Part shown: piece after piece, positions 39,596 through 46,778 of the stretch | How positions within the stretch are numbered: the stretch's first letter is position 1 | Layout of the letters: each line of letters starts with the position of its first letter | DNA from: Candidatus Latescibacterota bacterium | GTDB taxonomy: Bacteria; Latescibacterota; UBA2968; UBA8231 | Assembly: GCA_965243025.1 (NCBI GenBank) | Contig: CBDETY010000003.1 | Location: 288,001-352,000 of the forward strand | Length of the DNA stretch: 64,000 nt | Direction: 5' to 3' | Position numbers and translations under genes: made by a program | Notes under the pieces: generated by a model | The model's database searches: none | Seen by the model: the letters and a program-made list of their open reading frames with translations, nothing else | What the model was told of the DNA's origin: nothing

Positions 39596-40534
39596 ATGAA
39601 ACGTTTCACCATCCCCGGGGTCGCCGCCGCCGCGGTCTTCGCCTTCACGAGCGCCGGCAACGCCCACGTAGGCGACATCGTCTACCCGATTTACGAACTG
39701 CCGACCAGCGATCTGCCCGACATCTTCGACGGCTCGCTCGAAGACTGGGAGGACGTGCTTCCGGGCACGGAGCTGACCCACGACGATTTCACCCCGCTGA
39801 ACGTGGGGGAAGCCGCCGGAATCGACCCTGAGGATTCCGCCTACCGCGTCTACCTGGCATGGCACAGCGCCGGCCAGCACGTCTATGCCGCCGTCGAGCG
39901 CATCGACAACGTCTACATCAACACCTACGAAGGCGGCAACGTGCACATCCTGGCCGCCTACGACGATGTCGAGTTCCATCTCGACGGCGACCACACCGGC
40001 GGCCAGTACAACTTCTGGCTCGAGGCCGACGACTACTCGGAAGAGGAGTTCAAGCTGCTCCAGAACTATCAGGCGCAGCAGTACGTGATAATCGCCGAAT
40101 CTCCGGACGGACAGATCATCGGCTACCAGGGGAACGGACTCGGCTGGGCCATCGATCCGCCGTACACGGATGCCGGCGGCACCGCCTTCGGCGAGGATCC
40201 CGTGACGACGATCGTGGAGTTCTACGTCACCGCCTGGGACGAGATCAACTGGCAGGGACCGCACCTGTCCAAGCGCTCCGAGCTCGTGGGAGGCAAGATC
40301 ATCGGCCTGCAGGTAACCATCGCCGACTACGATGCCATCAACGAGGAGGGCGGTACCGTGAGGCGCGGGTTCCATACCCTTTCCGGGCAGGACAACACCT
40401 GGATTTACGCAGAGAGGTTCGTCGACGCCGAGCTCATCCCGTGCGATACCGGTGATTGCGGAGCCGCGGCCGAGCCGCTTCCGACAGCGGTCGAGGAGGA
40501 CAGCTGGGGGCGCATCAAGGCCACGTTCAAGTAG
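39596..40534 (+). CDS. Family C secreted protein 2 with C-terminal TAVEEDSWGRIKATFK tail (312 aa)
   Basis: GAGGAG RBS; signal ending GNA|HV; FDGSLEDW, LDGDHTGG, QAQQY and VEFYVTAWD motifs shared with 14618..15544. Confidence 0.82.
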   Translation: MKRFTIPGVAAAAVFAFTSAGNAHVGDIVYPIYELPTSDLPDIFDGSLEDWEDVLPGTELTHDDFTPLNVGEAAGIDPEDSAYRVYLAWHSAGQHVYAAVERIDNVYINTYEGGNVHILAAYDDVEFHLDGDHTGGQYNFWLEADDYSEEEFKLLQNYQAQQYVIIAESPDGQIIGYQGNGLGWAIDPPYTDAGGTAFGEDPVTTIVEFYVTAWDEINWQGPHLSKRSELVGGKIIGLQVTIADYDAINEEGGTVRRGFHTLSGQDNTWIYAERFVDAELIPCDTGDCGAAAEPLPTAVEEDSWGRIKATFK

Positions 40535-40627
40535 AATGCCGGCGTGGCCAGGTGAAGGCGCCCGCCCCCTGACCGGGGCTGAAAAGGCGCCGGCGGTCAC
40601 GGCGTAACCGTAACAACCGCAACTGAG

Positions 40628-40661
40628 AGAAGGGGGGGGAGTTTCCCCCCCTTCTTTGTTT
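40628..40661 (+). terminator. Intrinsic terminator/attenuator between the family C gene and the first family B gene
   Basis: Stem AGAAGGGGGGG / CCCCCCCTTCT followed by TTGTTT. Confidence 0.7.
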
Positions 40662-40680
40662 GGTGACGGGAGCGAAACGG

Positions 40681-43230
40681 GTGCAACGGGTTTTTCCGGG
40701 TCTCGCCGTCGCGGCAGCCCTGGCCGTACTGCCGGGGGCCGGCCCCGGCCAGTGCCAGCTCACCAGCCTGCGCATCCCCGGCGACATCGAGTGGAAGCGG
40801 GCCCAGCAGCTTCCCTTCAACCCGGGGGGCTTCTTCGAAAGCGTCGACTTCAAGATCGAGGACGGAATCGCCCCCCTCGACACGGCGCGCTGGGTTCCAC
40901 TCCCCGCCATCCCCGACTCGATCGTCTCCGCCTCCGACTTCGGCTTTGCCGACCGCCGGCTCTTCGACGCCTTCACCCGGCACGTGTCGCGCGACCGCGT
41001 CCTGGCGCGGGCCGAGGTGGTCGAGGAGGGGGCCGTCACCGTCGAGGCGGGAGGTCTGCTGCTGTCCCCGAAAGAGGACTTTCCCCGCACCGTGGCCGGG
41101 GTTCGCCGGTTCCGGGCGGCCGGCATCGACAGCCTGCGCGCCATGGTCAACCTGGCGAATGCCGTCCTCGTCCCGATCGATCCCCAGCTTCTCTTCAGCA
41201 ACTGGCTGCGCTCTCCGACGATATACGAGACCCAGCTGACCAAGGGCCAGGAACAGGCCCTTCTCGAGGCGCTGATCGACGCGGATCCGGAAAACTCCTT
41301 CCGCCGGGTGGACGGCCAGAACCGCCCGGTGCGGAAGCGCTCCGTCGTCATCATCATGGACCTCACGCGCCGGTTTCCGGTCGGCATGGTGCGCTTCTAT
41401 CCCCGGGTGGAGGAAAACCCGCTTCCCATCGCCGGATACAAGCTCGAGGTCCACGACGGGGTCACCGTGAAGCGGGGGAGGGGGGAGCGGATCGCCGAGC
41501 GGGATTTCCTCGGCTTCGGGGGGGGTGCGGAAGCGTCGGCGGGAACGGTGCCGGTGTTCGAGCAGCTGATAATCGACCAGAGCAATACCGAGGACACGGT
41601 GGCGGTCCGCTTCGACGAGCCGGAATACCTTCAGCAGTTCAAGTTCCGCTCCCTGACCGGCCTCGATTTCGACATCGCCGAGTTCGAGGTCTTCAACGAG
41701 GGGTTCACCCCGAAGGCCGTCTACCTCGGGAAACCGCTTCCGGTCGATCCGGCCGGGATCGATGCCATGCTGCGCTACCTGGGCGGCGATCTCTCCCTGC
41801 GGGCCGAGCTCGACCTTTTGCAGGGCGGCACTCTCGGCCGCGTTTCCTGGGATGAGGAGAAGATCGGCGACCCCTCGGCGTCGTCGGCAGCCGTCAGCAT
41901 GCAGACCGGGTTCACCCCCGAGCCGTGGATCCCGATCCGTCTCAACCGCAACGGCGACGCCGTCGAGTGGCGCCCGGACGCCGAGGTGGTGGACCGGCGC
42001 GCCGGCAGTCCCGGCCGCGGAGAGCTCGTCAACCTCGACGATCCGCTGCTGCGGGCCGGCGCCCGCGACGTCTGGAACGCCCTTTCCGACGAGGAGCGCC
42101 TCGTCGCCCGCACGACGTTCCCCGAGTATAACGACCCGGCAATCGTACCGGTCGCCAACAAGCGGACCCGTGCCGGGGAAGTGCTGCCGATACTGCCCGA
42201 TCCCCTGTTCTGGAGCGGATTCCAGCCCCTGGTGAACGGAGAGCGGGCGCAGCTTCCCGGAGAGCGTCCCTTCTTCCAGCTCCGGGTCGACTTCACCAGC
42301 TCCGACCCGGGCGCGGCCACGGTCATCCGCAACCTGCGCATCGAGCAGCTGCTGCCGCCCCTGCTGCGGGAGGTGCGGGCCGAGATCGTGCCGGCAACGG
42401 AGGTGACGGCAGGTATCGACACCCTGTTCACCTACGCGCTGCGGCCCCGGTTGCGGCCGGGCGACCCCGGTTTCAACCGCATCCGCATCCCCACGCCGAC
42501 GCGGATATCCCGGGTCCGGAGCGTCCGCTTCGCCTACGGCCTCGACGGCGTCGAACGCTCGCAAGAGGTCGCGTTCGAGACCGTGGCGAGCGAGGAGGAC
42601 CTGTTCGTCCTCGGCGTTCCCAGGGTGGAGCCCTCGATTGCGGCCGGGGACTCCCTGGTGGTCCTGATCGAGTTCCGCGCCCGCGTCCTCGACGTCAAGA
42701 CCGATTTCACCGGGCACGTCTTCCTCGACACCCTCGGCGCCGCCGAGGGGACCGATTACGGCGGCATCATCACCCTGGTCGGCGGCGGCGCCGACACCCT
42801 GGCGACCATCCTGCCGCAGCGGGTCATGGCGGGGGATGTCCTGTCCTTTCCCGGGGAGCTGTCCGACCGCAATTCACTGGCGGTGGTTACGAGCGTCGCA
42901 CAGCCGGTCGAGGAGGTGATCTCGCGGGTCGGGATCGCCCCGAATCCCTTCACTCCGAACGGGGACGGAATCAACGACTCGGCGGCCATCACCTTCGACG
43001 TCCTGCGCGTGGTCGAGTCGGTACCGGTGACCACCGAGCTGTTCGACCTTTCGGGACGGCTGATCCGCAAATGGGACGCGGAGCGAACCGTCGGCAGCTT
43101 TTCCGAAACCTGGGACGGCAGCGGGGCGGACGGCCGGCTGGTGCCGCCGGGACTCTATCTGCTCAAGCTGAAGAGCGCGACCGACAGCGGCGTCTTCGGG
43201 TCCACCCTGACGGTGTCGGTCGTCTACTGA
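40681..43230 (+). CDS. Family B secreted protein with C-terminal FlgD-Ig/T9SS-like domain (849 aa)
   Basis: GTG 40681 after GGGAG; signal peptide; DIAEFEVFNEGFTPKAVY; GFNRIRIPTP; PNPFTPNGDGIND...DLSGR...WDG...PPGLY...VSVVY. Confidence 0.8.
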   Translation: MQRVFPGLAVAAALAVLPGAGPGQCQLTSLRIPGDIEWKRAQQLPFNPGGFFESVDFKIEDGIAPLDTARWVPLPAIPDSIVSASDFGFADRRLFDAFTRHVSRDRVLARAEVVEEGAVTVEAGGLLLSPKEDFPRTVAGVRRFRAAGIDSLRAMVNLANAVLVPIDPQLLFSNWLRSPTIYETQLTKGQEQALLEALIDADPENSFRRVDGQNRPVRKRSVVIIMDLTRRFPVGMVRFYPRVEENPLPIAGYKLEVHDGVTVKRGRGERIAERDFLGFGGGAEASAGTVPVFEQLIIDQSNTEDTVAVRFDEPEYLQQFKFRSLTGLDFDIAEFEVFNEGFTPKAVYLGKPLPVDPAGIDAMLRYLGGDLSLRAELDLLQGGTLGRVSWDEEKIGDPSASSAAVSMQTGFTPEPWIPIRLNRNGDAVEWRPDAEVVDRRAGSPGRGELVNLDDPLLRAGARDVWNALSDEERLVARTTFPEYNDPAIVPVANKRTRAGEVLPILPDPLFWSGFQPLVNGERAQLPGERPFFQLRVDFTSSDPGAATVIRNLRIEQLLPPLLREVRAEIVPATEVTAGIDTLFTYALRPRLRPGDPGFNRIRIPTPTRISRVRSVRFAYGLDGVERSQEVAFETVASEEDLFVLGVPRVEPSIAAGDSLVVLIEFRARVLDVKTDFTGHVFLDTLGAAEGTDYGGIITLVGGGADTLATILPQRVMAGDVLSFPGELSDRNSLAVVTSVAQPVEEVISRVGIAPNPFTPNGDGINDSAAITFDVLRVVESVPVTTELFDLSGRLIRKWDAERTVGSFSETWDGSGADGRLVPPGLYLLKLKSATDSGVFGSTLTVSVVY

Positions 43231-43256
43231 AGGCCGGTGGAGTGGAGGGAGTAAAG

Positions 43257-46200
43257 ATGAGAAGACTGCTGGCCGCCGCGGCGATCGCCACTGCTCTGGC
43301 CACGGAGGCGCCGGCGCAGACCGGGGAGGCGTTCGAGTTCGACGGGACGGGCCGGCGGATCGTCGTCGACCGGGAAACCCACTGGCGCAGCTGGGTGTAC
43401 CAGAACAACCTGGTCCGGGACGTGCGCGCGCCGATGGACTCGACCGGCCTGTTCGACTTCTCCGAGGGCGTCGTGCCCCGCTACTTCCCGGCGGTCAGGA
43501 ACTACGTCCTCGACCGGGAGGAGTTCAGCTTCGTCGACAACGTGCGCTTCCGCGGGCAGACGGTGACGGTCACCGGTCAGATCACCGCCCTGTCCAACGA
43601 CGCGCTGGCAGGGCGCGTCGGCGACGGAGACCTGACGACCTTCTGGGAGCCGTCCAGCGCCGACTTCAACGCCGAGGGGCTGCGCAACTGGCAGCTCCTC
43701 GTCGACCTCGGGCGGGTGGTGTTCGCCGACAGCATCGTCGTCCACTTCCCCCCCGCCGGAACCGGGGAAGACCTCGGCGACGCCCCCAAACTGTTCACCG
43801 TCGAGGTGTCGATGGGAATACAGGCCGGGGCCAGGGAGTACCACTTCGACGTCGTCGGCAGACAGTCGGTGTCCGGAAGCCAGCGCCGTTTCGTCTTCCC
43901 CCTGAGACCCCTCGACCAGGCCGACGCCGATCTCGACGGGGAGCCCGACTTCGAGGGAACCTTCGTGCACTTCGTCCGGCTGGCCGTCTTCGACAGCGAC
44001 CTCGATGCCGCCGAGCTGATCGGCGAAGGGGAAAGCGGGCGCGAGGCCTACGAGGCCCTGGCACCGGAGCGGCGGGGCATGCGCATCTTCCAGCGGCGGA
44101 CCGCTGGCGACTTCGTCAAGCGCATCGATCCCCTGCTCGGGGACGGCGGGGACACCCTGCAGACCGCCGAAGAGACCTACCTCTCCCTTCCCGATCCGGA
44201 ACGGGGTCCGATCCAGTACTTCAAGCGGGAGCTGCCGCGGGTATCCGAGATCGAGGTCATCGGCCGCGGACCGAACCTCGCGTACCGGCCACAGCGCCGC
44301 GCCGGGGCCGCGTACGAGGACGGCGGCAAGGGCGCCCCCCTCAACGCCGTCGACGGGGTCTACCTGACCAACTGGAACGGCAACGCCTGGGACCTGTCGT
44401 TCTCGAGCGGATTCGCCGGCCACGGAGATCTCGTGTTCGGCACCATGTGGCTCGATCTCGGGGCGACTTTCTGGATCGACCGGATCCTGCTCGGCATGGT
44501 GCCGGTCAGCGAAACGGAGACCGGGGGGATCCTCTTCGGCTGGTACCTCGACGGGTCGGACGGCACCGTCCTGCGCGCCCTCGACATGCGGACCCCGGAG
44601 GATTTCATCCAGCTCGAGAAGAGCCTGGAGTGGAGGGACCTGGTCAGCGATGTCTACAAGGACAACAACACCGCCCGGGTGCGCATGATGGCCGAGTCCT
44701 TCGAGCTGCGCAAGCTGCGCTTCTTCCAGCAGCGCAACGACGACCCCACGGGGCGTTTCTCGGGCACCTACGGGGCCGCCGGCCACTTCAACGAGCTGCA
44801 GATGTTCGGGCGCGGCTATCCCGCCGAGGTCAGCTTCACCTCTCCCGAGATCGTGCTGCTGCCGGGGGTCGCCAGGGAGGAGGCGGCCGGCGTGCGCGAG
44901 CGCCGCGTCCTGTCGGAAATCCGCTGGGAGGCGGAGGCCGTGGTGCGGGAGGTCGATCCGCAAACGGGGCAGGCCGTCGAGAGGACCGGGCCCCTCGACC
45001 TGAACCCGGCGGTGGAGCTGTGGCTGCAGACACGCACCAGCGACACCATCGACTCGCTGTTTTCCTACTTCCAGGTCGCCACCACGGGCACGAAGAGGCG
45101 AGCCGAAGTCGAGGTGGCCGACTACGAGGCGCTCGTCGAGCTGTGGGAGGTGTTCCGCACCTGGGAGGCCCTTCCCGAAAGCGCGCAGATTACCCTCCGC
45201 GATCACAGCGACGGCGACGATGACGGGGACGGGGTGGCCAACGAGGATCCGATAGACGGGTTGGACAATGACGGCGACAAGCTCATCGACGAGGATGCGG
45301 GGGAAGGGGAGACGGGCGGGCCCCAGTCGATTCGCGGAGCCGGGACCATCGAGCTGACCAGGCACCAGCGCCGCCAGGACGACGACGGGGACGGCGCCGA
45401 GGACGAGGATCCCATCGACGGGATCGACAACGACGGCGACTTCCTCGTCGACGAGGACGGGAAGAAGGCGGCTCAACCCCGCCAGGAAGCCGAGCGGGTG
45501 GTGACGCCGGTTTTCGCCGGTTGGAGCGCCTGGAGCGAGCCGTACAAGGCAATCGGAACCGAGGCGAGGGCGGAGATCACCTCCCCGAGCCCGCGGAAAT
45601 TCCTGCAGGCCCGGGTCACGATCCGGTCCGAGGATCCCGAGGTCACCGCGCGCATCCGCTCCCTGAGGGTTGACCTGGCCGTGCCGATCAGCACCGACCT
45701 GGCCGGAGAGCTGGCGGTGCTGACCGACGCCGGCCGGCAGCTGAGCGGCCTTGCGGCGGCGCCGGAGGATTACAGGGCGCCGCAGGGCGTCGAGCCGCTG
45801 GAACGGACGCCGTACGCCTTCTTCGTGCGCGCCGCCGGGCCGGACCCGAACGCACCGGAAGCGGCCGGGGGGTTCGACGAGATCCTGCTGCTGACCCCCT
45901 CGCAAGCCCGGCTGACCGGGTTGCGCCTGGGACGGGTGGCGGTCGAGGATCTTCCCGGGGCCGAGAGCAAGGCCGAACGCCGGGCCGAAGGGAGCGTCTT
46001 CGAGCGCGCCTTCCTGCCCGGGGAAGGGGACGGCCGTTTCCGCGACGGCGAGGGCAACGAGCTGATCGCAACCGCCTCGGGCGACTCGCTGCTGCTGCGT
46101 TTTCCCGGGTCGGTGAACGCCGGGTTTTCGGAAAAAGAGAACGCCCTCGTCGAGCTGCGCTTCGAGACCCGGACCCTGAGGGCGGGAAGCGAGTTCGCCG

Positions 46201-46643
46201 CCCTGGTGCGCAACGCCGCCGGCTCCGGCGTTTTCCAGCGCGTCGAGTCCGAGGGGCGGGACGCCACCGAGCTGGTGGACAGCGGCACGGCGCGGCCGGG
46301 TATTCTGCAGGCCGGCGAGATCGTCGGCGGGATCCGCGTTCCGGAGGTGTTCACCCCGAACGGAGACGGGGTCAACGACCTGCTCCATATCGAGTTCACC
46401 GTCCTGACGATCCGCGAGGACCGCCCGGTCGAGGTCGCGCTCCACGACCTCTCGGGCCGGCGGATAGCGAAGGCGACGCCGCGGGGCGGGGCCGGCAAAA
46501 CCCGGAGCGGGACCGTGAGCTTCACCTGGGACGGCAGGGCCGGAGAAGGGATGGCCCCGCCCGGGATCTACATCGCCCGAGTGCGGCTGAATACGGACGC
46601 GGAGGATTTCGAGGCGGTGCGGCTGGTCAACGTCGTCTATTGA
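43257..46643 (+). CDS. Family B secreted protein, B1 subtype, with acidic DxDGD repeats (1128 aa)
   Basis: ATG 43257 after GGAGGGAG; signal MRRLLAAAAIATALATEAPA; DGDLTTFWEP, VDLGR, DLGATFWID; WSAWSEPY; FTPNGDGVND...PPGIY...VNVVY. Confidence 0.82.
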   Translation: MRRLLAAAAIATALATEAPAQTGEAFEFDGTGRRIVVDRETHWRSWVYQNNLVRDVRAPMDSTGLFDFSEGVVPRYFPAVRNYVLDREEFSFVDNVRFRGQTVTVTGQITALSNDALAGRVGDGDLTTFWEPSSADFNAEGLRNWQLLVDLGRVVFADSIVVHFPPAGTGEDLGDAPKLFTVEVSMGIQAGAREYHFDVVGRQSVSGSQRRFVFPLRPLDQADADLDGEPDFEGTFVHFVRLAVFDSDLDAAELIGEGESGREAYEALAPERRGMRIFQRRTAGDFVKRIDPLLGDGGDTLQTAEETYLSLPDPERGPIQYFKRELPRVSEIEVIGRGPNLAYRPQRRAGAAYEDGGKGAPLNAVDGVYLTNWNGNAWDLSFSSGFAGHGDLVFGTMWLDLGATFWIDRILLGMVPVSETETGGILFGWYLDGSDGTVLRALDMRTPEDFIQLEKSLEWRDLVSDVYKDNNTARVRMMAESFELRKLRFFQQRNDDPTGRFSGTYGAAGHFNELQMFGRGYPAEVSFTSPEIVLLPGVAREEAAGVRERRVLSEIRWEAEAVVREVDPQTGQAVERTGPLDLNPAVELWLQTRTSDTIDSLFSYFQVATTGTKRRAEVEVADYEALVELWEVFRTWEALPESAQITLRDHSDGDDDGDGVANEDPIDGLDNDGDKLIDEDAGEGETGGPQSIRGAGTIELTRHQRRQDDDGDGAEDEDPIDGIDNDGDFLVDEDGKKAAQPRQEAERVVTPVFAGWSAWSEPYKAIGTEARAEITSPSPRKFLQARVTIRSEDPEVTARIRSLRVDLAVPISTDLAGELAVLTDAGRQLSGLAAAPEDYRAPQGVEPLERTPYAFFVRAAGPDPNAPEAAGGFDEILLLTPSQARLTGLRLGRVAVEDLPGAESKAERRAEGSVFERAFLPGEGDGRFRDGEGNELIATASGDSLLLRFPGSVNAGFSEKENALVELRFETRTLRAGSEFAALVRNAAGSGVFQRVESEGRDATELVDSGTARPGILQAGEIVGGIRVPEVFTPNGDGVNDLLHIEFTVLTIREDRPVEVALHDLSGRRIAKATPRGGAGKTRSGTVSFTWDGRAGEGMAPPGIYIARVRLNTDAEDFEAVRLVNVVY

Positions 46644-46778
46644 GCCGGGTATGGTACCTGCGCGCGTAAATGAGCGTTGCGAACGAGGATGTCTGATGCG
46701 GGATGCAGGGCGGCCGAATTCAGGCGGAAGTGCGCGCGCCGGCATTTGTATGCCGGCATTCACAAGGGAGGGTTTAGC

